DNA of 64,000 nucleotides from Escherichia coli (GTDB lineage: Bacteria > Pseudomonadota > Gammaproteobacteria > Enterobacterales > Enterobacteriaceae): NCBI RefSeq assembly GCF_048403405.1, contig NZ_CP183129.1; one strand, written 5' to 3'. Made by a program: the position numbers and the translations under genes. The notes under the pieces are model-generated. The model was given only the letters and a program-made list of their open reading frames with translations. It was not told where the DNA came from and made no database searches. This document shows positions 11,390 to 22,418 of this stretch, piece by piece. Within the stretch, counting starts at the first letter, position 1; each line of letters begins with the position of its first letter.

Positions 11390-11989
11390 TCAGAAACGGT
11401 ATCCGATACCAACAATAAATGCATCCGTTCGCCAGTCGCCACTACCGGAACCTTCATAAGCAAGGTCAATGGTTACGGATTCGGTCGGGTTAAACTGCAC
11501 GCCAGCCCCCCACGCCAGAGACGTGTTGCTGTGGCGACCGTCATCACTTCCGGTCAGCACATCGTGCGTTTTCCCCTTGTTGTCAGTTACGCGGAGATAA
11601 TCCCCGGAGAAAGTCGACACACGGCTGTAAGCCACACCCACCATCGCATACGCGCTGAACCATTCATTCACGCGTACAGACGGCCCCGCCATCACGCTGA
11701 ACCAGCGGTTACGCACGGAATCTTCATGCCAGCGGGTATCGCTGTAGTGCGTTTTTTGCTCATCCTCAGCATTGGCATAACTGAAGGACGTAATCAGCCC
11801 CAGCGCGTCCGTAAACTCATAACGGTATTTCACGTTAATCCCGTTCAGATTATCGCTGCCGGGAGCGTTCGTACGGGCATGAAGATACCCCGCGCTCAGT
11901 GTGGACTGATGTTCAGACGCCCATGCAGGCGCACCGGATACGGACAGACAGATGGCTGCGGACAAAATGGCTGCACAAACTTTACGCAT
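11390..11989 (-). CDS. lom: Lom outer membrane protein (Ail/Lom family)
   Basis: 199 aa with signal peptide, GINVKYRYEF and C-terminal ...YEGSGSGDWRTDAFIVGIGYRF beta-barrel signature. Confidence 0.85.
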   Translation of the reverse strand: MRKVCAAILSAAICLSVSGAPAWASEHQSTLSAGYLHARTNAPGSDNLNGINVKYRYEFTDALGLITSFSYANAEDEQKTHYSDTRWHEDSVRNRWFSVMAGPSVRVNEWFSAYAMVGVAYSRVSTFSGDYLRVTDNKGKTHDVLTGSDDGRHSNTSLAWGAGVQFNPTESVTIDLAYEGSGSGDWRTDAFIVGIGYRF

Positions 11990-12056
11990 AATTACCTCTC
12001 GCTTTTCTGCAATAAAAAAGGCGCCATTTCTGGCGCCCGTATATGGGTTATAAAAT

Positions 12057-15000
12057 TCAGCTGATACTGATGCCTGCGGTGGCTTTCTTCATCACCACAA
12101 CCAGCAAATCGCTGATACTTGCTGTGGGATACCAGTTATTCACCAGCCATGCTGACACCGAAAACTCCAGCGTCATGTGGCCGCGACCAGCTGGCATATC
12201 AATAACACCACTGTAAATCAGCGTATTATCCAGCGCGGTACGGTTATAAATTTCAGCACCGTTTTTCCGTACTATCAGGCGGCATGACGAATAAATATCG
12301 TTATTCTCCCGCTCATGTTTAGCGCCGCTGAATGCCACCGCCGGAATAACAATTTGCCTGTCAAAAGGCTGATCGTCATAAATCCTGACGGTAATGGTCC
12401 CTGATGGCCACCGCTCCGGTGCCCGGGAGTCCCGCGGAAAAGCCTTACCCACTGTTTTGACTATATCGCCTTCAATCTGGTTGGCTGACAGTTTCCCCTT
12501 AATCTGACAGTTCTCATTAATTGTGACATTGTTGAGCGTCCCGGCGTTCGCATTCACACTGCCACTGATATCTGCATTTTTAGCGGTCAGTTTTCCGTCC
12601 GGTGTCAGGGAAAATGCCGGAGGATTACCGCCGCTGGTAATGGTGGGAGCCGTCAGGCGTTTCAGGAACACGTCGTTCATGAATATCTGATCGCCCTGAC
12701 CAACAAACATCGGCTTTGTGTTGCCATTCGCAGGATTAATCATCGCAATCCTGTCTGCCGCCAGCAGCACCTGACTCTGCATTCCTGCTGGCGTATTCTC
12801 AATACCGGCACCGATACCCGCAATATAAAGGCGTCCGTCCTGCATCTGCTGCAGCTTCACAGCCCACATGCTGTTCAGATTATTATTTGTATCAACCTGA
12901 ACCTTCTGTATCTGCTGGATTGCCGCACTCTGATTTTCCAGTTTTTTATTGACGGTCTGCGTGATTTCATTGCTGACATCCGTAATGGACGTCCTGATTT
13001 CAGCCAGGTCAGGCGCAAGCTGACCGTTATCAATCTGCGTCCACAACTCCTGAGCCAGATGGGTTTTCCCTATCTCTCCTTTGAAAAAATTCAGATAGCC
13101 GGATGCATCATCACTCGGCTGGCCAACAGCCTCCACAAATGCCGATTTGCCAACGGTGTTCACACTGCGGATGTAAAAATAATAATCATGGCCCGGTTTG
13201 ATATTGATACTGGCAGCTATCCAGTACAGCGCCGAGCCAAGATAGCGGGCTGCGGTTTCAACCTGCCTGATATCCGCAATCCGCTTTTCCGAGAACCAGA
13301 ACTCAAACTGTACCGTCGGGTCATACACCGCAAGACGCGGGACCGCCGTTATCTGAAAATAGCCCGGCGTCAGCTCAATCCGCGACGGTGCTGCCGGTGC
13401 GGCAATCCGGAATGTGGTGGTGGCAGGTTCACCCTGCTGGCCATAGCTGTTTATCGCCCGCACCGTCAGGGTGTATTCCCCCAGCGGCAGGCCGCTGAAA
13501 CGGTGCTCCGTGTCTGCGGTGATGGCGGTGGTCACCAGTCTGGCATCCGTTCCCTTACCACTGGTCAGGCGCAGACTGAAGCGCACACCCTTCACCACCC
13601 GCGGCGTGTCCCATTTCGCCTGCGCCAGATACTGTCCGTCAGCTGCGCTCACCTCCACCGTCAGGTGCTGCACTGCCGGTGGGATGACGCTGTTCAGGGA
13701 ACCTGACTGCGGCTCAAAGCGGGCACCGTTATCCACGATGGCTTCTTTTTCCGGTACGTGCTGCACCGCCGTGATGGCAAAGGTGCCGTCCGTGTTTTCC
13801 CGGACGGAGACACAGCGGAACAGGCGACGGCGCAGTGACGGCAGGGAGAGTCCCCACACCCCGTATGTCTCCACACCATCAGGCAGGGTACTGACCTGTA
13901 TCCGGTCCGGCGCGGGGTGTTCGGTGATGTCCACACTCACCGGCTTACCGCTGCCGTTAATCAGGTTCACCGTGGCGGCACCGGTCTCCGGAAGTGTCAC
14001 TTCACGGTCCAGCGTCAGGGTGCGGGTGGCAGCATCAATGGACAGGACACGTCCGCCGGTCAGGGTCCCGGCATAGTCGTTATCACAGATTTCAATGATG
14101 TCACCGGGTGTGTGCCGCAGCCCCTGAGACCCGAGCGTGAAATCCACCGTCTGCGTTTCCAGCAGTTCGGTCTTTATCACCCACAGTCCGGCACGGTGGG
14201 CCTGACCGCGGCTGGTACAGCCGAACGCGTCCATCTTCAGCAGGTTGCGTCCGTAGCGCAGTATGGCTTCCGGGTCTTCCACCAGTTCCGTGGAGGTCTG
14301 CCAGCCGTTCTGCGGGTCGGTGTAATTCACCTCCACCGCCGTGTGCCGGTCCTTCAGGGCACTGAAGCTGTAGCGGAATCCCACGCCGTTATCATCCACC
14401 ACCACATCGCTGTTGGTGTACGGCCACACCACATCCGACGGGCGGTCCTGAACGAACGTCAGCGTCTGACCGTTCCATACCGGCATACAGCGCATCGCAG
14501 AGCAGAAATCACTGAGAACGTCCCACGCCTTACGCTGTTGTGCCAGGTACGCATTAAAGGTCATCCGCGGCTCGGTCCCCCCGAAACCATCCGGGACCGT
14601 CTGGTCGCAGTACTGCCCGATGGCATACAGCGCCCACTTGTCCACATCCGCCGCCCCCAGACGTTTTCCCATGCCGTAGCGCGGGTGAGTCAGCATGTCC
14701 CACAGGCACCAGGCCGGGTTGTTGCTGTATGCCGGTTTCAGACTGCCGTCCCAGATACCACTGTACGTGCGTTTTTCCGGGTCATAGTTTGACGGCACCT
14801 GGATGATGCGACCGCGGATATGGTAGTTCACCGTCATCTGCTGGCCGCCGAACTGCTCCGCATCCACCTGCAGCCCCACAATGGCCGTGTTCGGGTAGCA
14901 CTGTTTCACATCGATGATTTCGGTGTATGACGACCACAGCGTCTTATTCTGCAGCTGGTCCGTGGTGCTGTCCGCCGTCTCCCTGACCATCCGGATGTTA

Positions 15001-15530
15001 AAGGGCCGGGGAGGCAGATTATCCAGAATCACCGAGGCCAGGAACTGCGAGGTGGTCTTGCCGTTAATGGTGACATCCTTTTCCGTCACCCAGCGGCCAT
15101 TACGCTGTAACTGAATCAGAATCCGGACAGAGGAAGGATTACGGTCGCCCTTTGACGTGGTCTGCACCAGTGACTGCACCCCGAAGGTAACCCGCAGGCG
15201 GTCAATGTTCGCGGACGTAATGGTGCGCGTCACCGGTTTTGCCTTCGTCACTTCCACGCCCAGTCCGGTTTCAGCACCGGAGGACTCAAAGCCTTCCGGT
15301 GGTGTCTGCTCCTGCTCCCCGGCGCGCCAGACCGCCGTCACACCGTGTATCACGGGATTACCGTCCGTGTCCGTCAGCGGGGTTTTGTTCACCAGGATAC
15401 TCTGCAGTCCCTTCACCGGACCTTCTATCGGTCCCTCACCAATCGCATCAATCACGCTCATCATCTGCGTGGATTTGAGATTATCCTTCGCCTCACGAGG
15501 CGTGTGTGCCTTACCGCCACCTTTTCCCAT
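12057..15530 (-). CDS. J: Tail tip / host specificity protein J
   Basis: 1157 aa, lambda gpJ-like throughout ([22 protein letters not shown]...). Confidence 0.9.
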   Translation of the reverse strand: MGKGGGKAHTPREAKDNLKSTQMMSVIDAIGEGPIEGPVKGLQSILVNKTPLTDTDGNPVIHGVTAVWRAGEQEQTPPEGFESSGAETGLGVEVTKAKPVTRTITSANIDRLRVTFGVQSLVQTTSKGDRNPSSVRILIQLQRNGRWVTEKDVTINGKTTSQFLASVILDNLPPRPFNIRMVRETADSTTDQLQNKTLWSSYTEIIDVKQCYPNTAIVGLQVDAEQFGGQQMTVNYHIRGRIIQVPSNYDPEKRTYSGIWDGSLKPAYSNNPAWCLWDMLTHPRYGMGKRLGAADVDKWALYAIGQYCDQTVPDGFGGTEPRMTFNAYLAQQRKAWDVLSDFCSAMRCMPVWNGQTLTFVQDRPSDVVWPYTNSDVVVDDNGVGFRYSFSALKDRHTAVEVNYTDPQNGWQTSTELVEDPEAILRYGRNLLKMDAFGCTSRGQAHRAGLWVIKTELLETQTVDFTLGSQGLRHTPGDIIEICDNDYAGTLTGGRVLSIDAATRTLTLDREVTLPETGAATVNLINGSGKPVSVDITEHPAPDRIQVSTLPDGVETYGVWGLSLPSLRRRLFRCVSVRENTDGTFAITAVQHVPEKEAIVDNGARFEPQSGSLNSVIPPAVQHLTVEVSAADGQYLAQAKWDTPRVVKGVRFSLRLTSGKGTDARLVTTAITADTEHRFSGLPLGEYTLTVRAINSYGQQGEPATTTFRIAAPAAPSRIELTPGYFQITAVPRLAVYDPTVQFEFWFSEKRIADIRQVETAARYLGSALYWIAASINIKPGHDYYFYIRSVNTVGKSAFVEAVGQPSDDASGYLNFFKGEIGKTHLAQELWTQIDNGQLAPDLAEIRTSITDVSNEITQTVNKKLENQSAAIQQIQKVQVDTNNNLNSMWAVKLQQMQDGRLYIAGIGAGIENTPAGMQSQVLLAADRIAMINPANGNTKPMFVGQGDQIFMNDVFLKRLTAPTITSGGNPPAFSLTPDGKLTAKNADISGSVNANAGTLNNVTINENCQIKGKLSANQIEGDIVKTVGKAFPRDSRAPERWPSGTITVRIYDDQPFDRQIVIPAVAFSGAKHERENNDIYSSCRLIVRKNGAEIYNRTALDNTLIYSGVIDMPAGRGHMTLEFSVSAWLVNNWYPTASISDLLVVVMKKATAGISIS

Positions 15531-15636
15531 ACAGCCTTCCCCTGAATAAATTAACCGCCACTTGCCATTCCGTACAGAAGTCGGATATCCTTCGCCCGAA
15601 AAGCATGAAACACATTTCTGCCATGCTAAAGAGAAA

Positions 15637-15668
15637 CCCCGGTATCAGCAGATACCGGGGTTTTCTTT
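15637..15668. terminator. Symmetric hairpin (possible bidirectional terminator) in the I-J intergenic insertion
   Basis: ccccggtatc-agca-gataccgggg followed by TTTTCTTT on + and by TTTCTCTTT on the - strand. Confidence 0.5.
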
Positions 15669-15735
15669 CATGCCCACCGATAATCCTGTTGGTTAAAACC
15701 GGTAATGGCATAAAAATTCTGAATATCTTCACATT

Positions 15736-15763
15736 TTCACAAACTGACTGTGGCGCGTATAAT
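15736..15763 (+). promoter_or_regulatory. Sigma70-like promoter in the I-J gap
   Basis: -35 TTCACA, 16 bp spacer, perfect -10 TATAAT. Confidence 0.45.
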
Positions 15764-15769
15764 TTCTCT

Positions 15770-15866
15770 GCGTTAATTTTTTTGTCGTGATATAAGAATA
15801 ATTCCTTACACTTAATCTTCGTAACTCTCCCGCAGTTCCTGTCCGCGATCACTGCGGGATTTTTTT
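15770..15866 (+). ncRNA. Candidate small RNA (~100 nt) between promoter and intrinsic terminator, antisense to the tail operon
   Basis: No ORF with start codon; ends in hairpin cccgcag...ctgcggg + T7 at 15829-15867. Confidence 0.3.
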
Positions 15867-15873
15867 ATTCTTT

Positions 15874-16554
15874 TTACCCCTGCCGCCCGATAACCACGAC
15901 CTTTCCGCCCCCGCCTTCATCACGGGTGCTGATGTCCTGGGATATACGGCGGGAGCCAACCAGCATTTCCCCGTAAGGCACCGGCATCGGGTTCCCCTGG
16001 GCAATCATGTTATCCAGTGAGGAAAAGTACGTGTTCTGTCTGCCGTTATCCGTTGCGCGGTAATCCGGTGTTTTTGCCTTCGGGGCCAGCATCTGGGCCA
16101 CACCGCCCAGAATCATGCTGGCTCCAAGTGAAAACAGCATCGTGGTGGCAGAAAAACCACCGGCTGCCAGGGCTGAACCCCATAACGCCATTGATGCCCC
16201 GGCAGTGAAGAAAGAGCCCACGATGGCTGCCGCCCCCAGCACAATCTGCAGTCCACCCTTTCCGGCCCCGGCCAGTCGCGGCACAATGTGGATGACCGTT
16301 CCCTCACCCAGCTGTTCGTGAAGACGGGCGTACACCGCCTCCGGTGCCGTGTCATAACCGGCAATACGTATCTGGTACCAGCCTTCGTTCATCTGACGGC
16401 GAAAGCCCGGCATCTGCATCGACAGGGCGCGAATGGCTTCCGCTGCCGTGTTCACATACAGGCTGAGGCGGCGGCCAAATCGTTGTAAATCCCCGTGAAG
16501 GCAGATGCGTGCCAGTGGCGGTGACGCCAGACTGAATGCGTTCGTCGTTGCCAT
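15874..16554 (-). CDS. I: Tail assembly protein I
   Basis: 226 aa MATTNAFSLASPPLARICLHGDLQRFGRR..., lambda gpI-like. Confidence 0.9.
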   Translation of the reverse strand: MATTNAFSLASPPLARICLHGDLQRFGRRLSLYVNTAAEAIRALSMQMPGFRRQMNEGWYQIRIAGYDTAPEAVYARLHEQLGEGTVIHIVPRLAGAGKGGLQIVLGAAAIVGSFFTAGASMALWGSALAAGGFSATTMLFSLGASMILGGVAQMLAPKAKTPDYRATDNGRQNTYFSSLDNMIAQGNPMPVPYGEMLVGSRRISQDISTRDEGGGGKVVVIGRQG

Positions 16555-17185
16555 TTTTCGGAATACCTCTCCCGTTTACTCAGTTGTTCAGGCAGATGGT
16601 GAAGCAGCTCACCGTTGCCGCAGTAAATGGCGGCATGGTTCGGTACCAGCAGCACAGCAGAATATCGCCCGCCTGTGCAGAGGACAGGGGCACCCGGTAA
16701 AAGCCGGTGACCGCCATATTGTCCAGGTAAAGGTTCTGACCGTTGCGCCACCAGTCATCCTCGCGATGAAAATCCGGCATCTCAGTCCCCGCCAGATGAT
16801 AAGCATCCCGGAACAGCGTGTAACAGTCCGTCACCCCGTGCTCAAAGCGCCGTCCTGTCAGATGTGGCACACAGCGGAATTTGTGAATGTCACCCCGGCA
16901 GACCAGCCACCAGGGCAGTGCGCTTTTTATCTGCAGCCGCCGGTCAGCCTCGCTCAGCCAGGGCAGCCCACCGGGATGACTGTGGACCAGTGCCACAATC
17001 TCCCCCTGCATCTCTGCCCGCAGCCAGTCTTCCGGTGCGATACGAAAATACGCCTCCGGCTCTGCAGAAATATTCACACAAGGGATATACCACTCCCCCT
17101 CCGGCGTGCTTATCACGAAGCCGCACGACTCCGCAGGCGCACACCGCCGGGCATGCGCCAGAATCGCTGATTCAGTCTGTGTCAT
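16452..17185 (-). pseudogene. K: Tail assembly protein K (MPN/JAMM + NlpC/P60), frameshifted
   Basis: N-terminal part MTQTESAILAHARRCAPAESCGF...ALVHSHPGG... in one frame (track ORF 16580..17446), C-terminal part ...VPNHAAIYCGNGELLHHLPEQLSKRERY...IYNDLAAASACM in another frame (track ORF 16452..16751); junction near 16645 in a ctgctg repeat. Confidence 0.7.
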
Positions 17186-17195
17186 AAACCGGGAT

Positions 17196-17894
17196 TTACT
17201 GCGAAAGTTTATTAATGGAAAGGAAACCGCCAAAATTGCCGACATTCCTGCGCAGTTCACACCCGCGCATGCACTTGCTGCATCTGTCCTTACGGATATC
17301 CGTGGTGGGGTTGTCGAACTCATCCGCCACCGCAGGACCGTTATACCCACATTCATCTCCCCGGTAATCCCACATACAGGTGTTCGCCAGCATGATGCGA
17401 CCGGGAAACAGCGCCCCGTCCGTCTCGGTCGGTGTAGCCAGCACAAACGAGGCCGTCATGGCTGTCAGCTGCGACATCTGCTCCACCACCCAGCGGTCAC
17501 TCAGCTCCTGCTCCGGGTCCGCCTCCGGATTGCCCGCAACGAAATTCACCGCATCCAGAAAACGGGCATACACCCGGCGGCGGACCACCGTGGCCCCCAC
17601 CAGACTCTGCAGGTCTTCCGCCATCCCGGTGACCAGACCGAACAGATTGGACACCGTCAGCGACGGTCTGGCACTGCTGCCCCGGCCGTTCATCTCAAAG
17701 CCGCTGCCGTCAATCGGGTATGCCTCATACTTACGCCCCTGCCAGGTGACCGGCTCCCCTTTTTCATTCAGCTCATTACAGAAAAAATACCGCTCACCAC
17801 CCTGTACCGTCAGGTCGATTTCCCAGAGTACCACCCGCGGTGACTGCTCTGACTTAACCGACTCGTTCAGACTTTCTTCGCGAATATCCTGCAT
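17196..17894 (-). CDS. L: Tail tip assembly protein L
   Basis: 232 aa MQDIREESLNESVKSEQSPRVVLWEIDLT..., lambda gpL-like. Confidence 0.9.
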   Translation of the reverse strand: MQDIREESLNESVKSEQSPRVVLWEIDLTVQGGERYFFCNELNEKGEPVTWQGRKYEAYPIDGSGFEMNGRGSSARPSLTVSNLFGLVTGMAEDLQSLVGATVVRRRVYARFLDAVNFVAGNPEADPEQELSDRWVVEQMSQLTAMTASFVLATPTETDGALFPGRIMLANTCMWDYRGDECGYNGPAVADEFDNPTTDIRKDRCSKCMRGCELRRNVGNFGGFLSINKLSQ

Positions 17895-18223
17895 CAGTTC
17901 ACCACCTGCTTAAACTCCGCGCTGAACTCAACGCGCAACATCCCGACCCGTGCAGACCACCCGGCACAGGTCACCTTTATCTGCCGGTATGCATAGGGTG
18001 GCTTCCACAAAAATGCCTTCCAGCCACCGTGCTCTGCCAGGAACGCTTCCAGATGCCGGGCCTCCTCCCGGGTCACGGAAAGCGTCACCCTGTATGTTTT
18101 CAGGTCAGCATTCAGCCCTGCCGCCATACGCTGTGAGTACCCGTCACCAAAACGCACTTCACGCACCGATGGCTGCGAGTTCACCTCCATATCCGGCTTC
18201 ACTTTCCAGCGAAAGGTTTTCAT
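17894..18223 (-). CDS. M: Tail protein M
   Basis: 109 aa MKTFRWKVKPDMEVNSQPSVREVRFGDGYSQR..., lambda gpM-like. Confidence 0.9.
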   Translation of the reverse strand: MKTFRWKVKPDMEVNSQPSVREVRFGDGYSQRMAAGLNADLKTYRVTLSVTREEARHLEAFLAEHGGWKAFLWKPPYAYRQIKVTCAGWSARVGMLRVEFSAEFKQVVN

Positions 18224-20793
18224 CGACCGCTCCCTGATAACAGACCGCCATCACGCAACTGCAGCCGGAGTTCATCCTGTGCCCCCTTGCGGGCCATGTC
18301 ATACACCGCCTTCATCAGCTGCGACCCCGCCTGTCCGTTGATACCGTCGTTCTGAATCACCACGTGATTGTTCTGATTAAAATTAATACCTTCGGCCCGC
18401 CGCATCTGCGCCGGACTTCCGGCACCGCCGACATAACCACCTTCCGCATACCCGCGCATCAGACGATACAGGTTGCCGACACCAATCCGGCTGGTTGCCT
18501 CCTTCGTGAAGACAAATTCACCACGGTGAACAATCCCCGCTGGCTCATATTTGCCGCCGGTTCCCGTAAATCCTCCGGTCGCAAAATGGAAGTTCGCCGC
18601 CGCAGCCTGAATGGCTGTACCGCCTGACGCGGATGCGCCACCACCAACAGCCCCGCCAATGGCGCTGCCGATACTTCCGACAATCCCCACCATTGCCTGC
18701 TTCAGAAAAATCTCTGTCAGCATGGACAGCACAGAACGGGTGAAACCACGCCAGTTCTGCTCACTGCCGGTCAGCATCGCCGCCATATTCTGTGCAATAC
18801 CGTCAAAGGTCTGCGTGGCCGCGTTTTTAACCTGCGAAAAACTGTCCGTCGCACTTTCCGCCCACTCGCCCCAGCCGGACTTCATCCCGGCCATCCAGCT
18901 TCCACGAAGCTGCTCCTCCGCAGACCAGGTGTTCTTCAGTGCCGATGTGGCCTTCGCCAGCGCAGCCGGATTATCACCGTACACCTCACGAAGGCGCTGC
19001 TCTTCCGACTCCCGCTGCGCCTGACGGTCAGTGAGGCCGCGGGCTTTTGCGCTGATTGCCGCCTGCTTCGCGCTCTGCTGCTGTTCAAACCGCGCCGCCT
19101 GCTGTGCCAGCTCATTCAGCCGCTTCTGGTGTTCTATCTTGTCGCCCAGCTCAGCCAGCTGGCGTTTGTACTCCAGCGTTTCTTTCTCATGGGCCAGCAG
19201 GGATTTTTCCTGCTCAGATAACTGCCGTTTCGTGGCGGCCTCTTTCAGGATCACATACTGATTTTCCGCTTCCCATAAATCCCGGCGCTGCTGGCTGATT
19301 TTCTCATTCACACCGCTGTGTTTTTCCAGCGTCCTGAGCTCGGTTTCAAGCGCCAGCATGGCTGCATGCGCCCGGTCTTCCTGGCGCTCACCGGCAGACA
19401 CCTTCACACCTGACGGCTTTTTCAGCGTCGATTCATAATCCTTTTTTGCCGACGCCATCAGCGTGTTGTAATCCGCCTGCAGGATTTTTCCGTCTTTCAG
19501 GGCCTTATTCAGCTCTTTCTGACGGGCGGTATATTTATCCAGCGGCGTCTGCAGGCGCTCATACGCCTTCTGCGCCTCTCCGGTATACTTCAGCTGTGAC
19601 GCCTCACGCTCAGCCCGGTCCCTTGCCGCCAGTTCACCGGCTTTTTCCATATCCGACTGCAGCGTGGCCGCTGCCAGACCCAGACGGGCATTTTCCCGGT
19701 CATCCCATGCCCCCTGAAGGTTCGCACGAAAAGAGGAGGTCTTTCCCCGGCGCTGGCTCCGGCTCTGGTACCACTGCCATTTTTTATCCGCCTCATCAAA
19801 TGCCTTCTGCGCACTGGCGAGCATATCCGCTGAGGATTCAGGACGACCGATATCCAGAATGGCATCCCACATCGATTTGAATGCCTTCCCTGTTTTATCC
19901 GCCCAGGTCTCCAGTGTTCCCATGTTTTCTTTCAGGCGACGGGTCTGCTCATCAAAGCCTTTCGTGGCGATATCGTTCGCCGCCTGCAATGCCCCGGCCT
20001 CGTCTCCGGAACGCTGCAGCTGTGCAACATACGCAATCTGCTCTGCCGTCACGTTACGGAACTGGCGCGCCATCGCCATCAGTCCCGACGTCGGGTCAGT
20101 GGTCAGCTTCCCGAAGGCTTCAGCGACTTTATCCACCTCCACACCGGATGCAGACGCAAAACGCGCGACACTCTGGTTGATGGCATCAAACTGTTCACCA
20201 CCACGCACACCGGCATTCATCAGGGCTGCCAGTGACTCTCTCGCCTGGTTAAACGTCAGCCCTGCTGCCTGCCCGGCTCTTGAGAGAGTCAGCATACGAT
20301 CGGCAGTCAGTCCGGACTGATTACCGGAAAGAACCAGGGTTTTATTAAACGCTGAAAGCGTGGAATCTCCCTGGTACCAGGCGTACACCAGCGCACCTGT
20401 CGCCACCGCCAGCGAGGTGACCCCGACCATCGGCAGGGTGATCGCACCGGCGAGCCCCCTGAACATGGGGATCATCCCGCCGAAGGAGTCCTTCACCTGA
20501 CCGCCCTGTTGCAGCAGGATCAGCCAGGGATTCTGACCACCGGCAAGCTGCGTGGCGATATCCGTAAACTGTGCGGGCAGGGTTCGCATGGCCGCTTTAT
20601 ACTGCCCGACGGAAATCCCGGCTTTTTGTGCAGCCAGCGCCTGGCGGCTCAGGCCCTGTTCAACAGCACTGGCGGTTTTTCTGGCGTCGGTATCCAGACC
20701 TGAAAAATGACGCCTTACCCGGCTCATCTGCTCATCGAAACGGACAGCATCCAGACTCAGGTCAATAACAAGATCACCAACCGGCTGGGACAT
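18220..20793 (-). CDS. H: Tail tape measure protein H
   Basis: 857 aa, coiled-coil-rich, lambda gpH-like; position between M and G-T. Confidence 0.9.
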   Translation of the reverse strand: MSQPVGDLVIDLSLDAVRFDEQMSRVRRHFSGLDTDARKTASAVEQGLSRQALAAQKAGISVGQYKAAMRTLPAQFTDIATQLAGGQNPWLILLQQGGQVKDSFGGMIPMFRGLAGAITLPMVGVTSLAVATGALVYAWYQGDSTLSAFNKTLVLSGNQSGLTADRMLTLSRAGQAAGLTFNQARESLAALMNAGVRGGEQFDAINQSVARFASASGVEVDKVAEAFGKLTTDPTSGLMAMARQFRNVTAEQIAYVAQLQRSGDEAGALQAANDIATKGFDEQTRRLKENMGTLETWADKTGKAFKSMWDAILDIGRPESSADMLASAQKAFDEADKKWQWYQSRSQRRGKTSSFRANLQGAWDDRENARLGLAAATLQSDMEKAGELAARDRAEREASQLKYTGEAQKAYERLQTPLDKYTARQKELNKALKDGKILQADYNTLMASAKKDYESTLKKPSGVKVSAGERQEDRAHAAMLALETELRTLEKHSGVNEKISQQRRDLWEAENQYVILKEAATKRQLSEQEKSLLAHEKETLEYKRQLAELGDKIEHQKRLNELAQQAARFEQQQSAKQAAISAKARGLTDRQAQRESEEQRLREVYGDNPAALAKATSALKNTWSAEEQLRGSWMAGMKSGWGEWAESATDSFSQVKNAATQTFDGIAQNMAAMLTGSEQNWRGFTRSVLSMLTEIFLKQAMVGIVGSIGSAIGGAVGGGASASGGTAIQAAAANFHFATGGFTGTGGKYEPAGIVHRGEFVFTKEATSRIGVGNLYRLMRGYAEGGYVGGAGSPAQMRRAEGINFNQNNHVVIQNDGINGQAGSQLMKAVYDMARKGAQDELRLQLRDGGLLSGSGR

Positions 20794-21238
20794 ATCTCAC
20801 ACCTCCCGGAATCCCCGCTGAAGCCATCATTAATGCGGCATCATCCACCATGACATCCGCCACATCCGCAGACGATAAAATATCGCGCCCTCCGTCCCCA
20901 CCGAACCGGACGCCTCCGGCAAGTCCTGCCGCTTTCTGCATCAGCATTTTGTCCTCATCCGGCCTCTCCACCTGCTCTTCCTCATGCCGGGGGACAAGCA
21001 GACTGAAATCAGAGGGATGCATATCCGGATCGCAAAAAAACAGGCTGAGTACAGCGTACGTCAGCCCGGAAAAATGCATATCCAGCTGGGTATCCTGAAA
21101 ATAATGCGTGCGGTAAAAACGGTGCCAGTCGGCATATTCGGTGGATGTCATCCCGGCAAGCATGGCGCGCCAGTCGGGTCTCCCCATCTCACGCGCCAGT
21201 CTGAGGGCAAAGTTCAGCTCGCCGTCAAAGACTTTCCC
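20774..21238 (-). CDS. T: Tail assembly chaperone T domain, expressed as G-T fusion by programmed -1 frameshift
   Basis: ORF in the -1 frame relative to G, continuing from the slippery site to a stop at 20774. Confidence 0.75.
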   Translation of the reverse strand, partial: GKVFDGELNFALRLAREMGRPDWRAMLAGMTSTEYADWHRFYRTHYFQDTQLDMHFSGLTYAVLSLFFCDPDMHPSDFSLLVPRHEEEQVERPDEDKMLMQKAAGLAGGVRFGGDGGRDILSSADVADVMVDDAALMMASAGIPGGVRYVPAGW

Positions 21239-21645
21239 GCAGAAAAATCATCATCAGTCAGCGTGTTATTTTTCGCCACTTCAGTAATATCAGTATCCGG
21301 ACGAACAGCTTCGATCATCCCGGACAGGCACAACACCACGTCTTCCGCCCGGGCAATGGCATCGGCAGGCCAGGTGGTGAGCACTTCCTGCTCTATCTTC
21401 ATCACGGCCTCATTCATTGACGGTGACTGCGTTTTCTGTGGATGGTTATGCCACAGGGACATCGCCACCAGAAACGCGCCGGTTCTGACGAGATCTTCCA
21501 CGCTTACCTGCAGGTTGCCGCAGGATTCTGCCTGTTCTGCACGCCGTTTCAGGAGGGCAAGATGCTCGATACGCTGCAGCGCAGACAATTCGGAAAGCGT
21601 GACAGACACACCGTTATATTCAAATTGTTCTGTTTTCAGAAACAT
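21214..21645 (-). CDS. G: Tail assembly chaperone G
   Basis: 143 aa MFLKTEQFEYNGVSVTLSELSALQRIEHLALLKRRAEQ..., lambda gpG-like. Confidence 0.9.
   Translation of the reverse strand: MFLKTEQFEYNGVSVTLSELSALQRIEHLALLKRRAEQAESCGNLQVSVEDLVRTGAFLVAMSLWHNHPQKTQSPSMNEAVMKIEQEVLTTWPADAIARAEDVVLCLSGMIEAVRPDTDITEVAKNNTLTDDDFSAGKSLTAS
21232..21238 (-). promoter_or_regulatory. Programmed -1 ribosomal frameshift slippery heptamer GGGAAAG (G/G-T)
   Basis: gcg-gga-aag near the 3' end of G, same heptamer as lambda. Confidence 0.8.
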
Positions 21646-21658
21646 GTATTACCTCCGT

Positions 21659-22411
21659 TTACCCTGCAGCGCCCGCTTCAGTAACGGTGACTTCAGCCAC
21701 TGCGGCGAACTGACCATTTCCGCTCACCACAGGGATCTGCACCTTACCTGTCGCCACGCCGTTTACCGTAATTGTCATATCTTTCACACTAATGGTGGCT
21801 TTCGACGGATCGGCGGAAACCGCTCTGAACGTCTTGTCGGTTGCACTTTCCGGCTCAAAAGAAACCGTCAGGGTGGTTGTTTTCCCTTTTGCCACCGTAC
21901 CGGATGTCGGCGTCACCTTAATCGCACTGACCGGCGTAATTTTGCTGCGTTCTTCCGCTACAGAAGGTTTACCCACGTTAGTGACTTTCACCGTGCGGGT
22001 GATCACTTCTTTCGCCGTCACGGCCTTACCGATACTGCTGACCCAGCCACGAAACACATCCACCGTGCCATTCGGAAAACGGATTTTATAGGCCCGGACA
22101 TCGCCGCTTTCAAACCAGCCTATAAGCCCTTTCTGGCCTTCCTCTCCCGGTTTCCAGGCCAGCGTAAAACTGGTATCACCTGCAGATTTCTGCCCCTGCC
22201 CGGTCGCGGTCCAGTCCGCGTCTTCATCATCCAGGTAGTTATCATCGTAGGATTCTGCCGTCATCTCGCCCGGCGTCAGATCCTTCACCTTAGCCAGTCG
22301 CTGCCAGTCATCGTCTGACAACGGGTTTGCATAAGCATCACCCTTGCCGTTGTAAACCCACAGAGTGGTACCGGCACCTTTTACCGGCTCAAGGGGATTT
22401 GGTGTTGCCAT
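21659..22411 (-). CDS. V: Major tail protein V
   Basis: 250 aa [31 protein letters not shown]..., lambda gpV-like with C-terminal Ig-like region. Confidence 0.9.
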   Translation of the reverse strand: MATPNPLEPVKGAGTTLWVYNGKGDAYANPLSDDDWQRLAKVKDLTPGEMTAESYDDNYLDDEDADWTATGQGQKSAGDTSFTLAWKPGEEGQKGLIGWFESGDVRAYKIRFPNGTVDVFRGWVSSIGKAVTAKEVITRTVKVTNVGKPSVAEERSKITPVSAIKVTPTSGTVAKGKTTTLTVSFEPESATDKTFRAVSADPSKATISVKDMTITVNGVATGKVQIPVVSGNGQFAAVAEVTVTEAGAAG

Positions 22412-22418
22412 ATCGTCC

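Noticed and set aside
13059-14792. Several 200-290 aa + strand ORFs antisense to J
   Set aside because: Fully embedded antisense to the conserved gpJ gene; no RBS or start context; typical GC-rich antisense ORFs
15511-15852. 113 aa minus-strand and 94 aa + strand ORFs in the I-J gap
   Set aside because: Both run through strong hairpin and terminator structures, overlap the J start, and lack RBS; the region is better explained as non-coding
20984-22318. 444 aa + strand ORF spanning G, T and V
   Set aside because: Antisense to three conserved tail genes; Cys/Arg-rich composition typical of spurious frames
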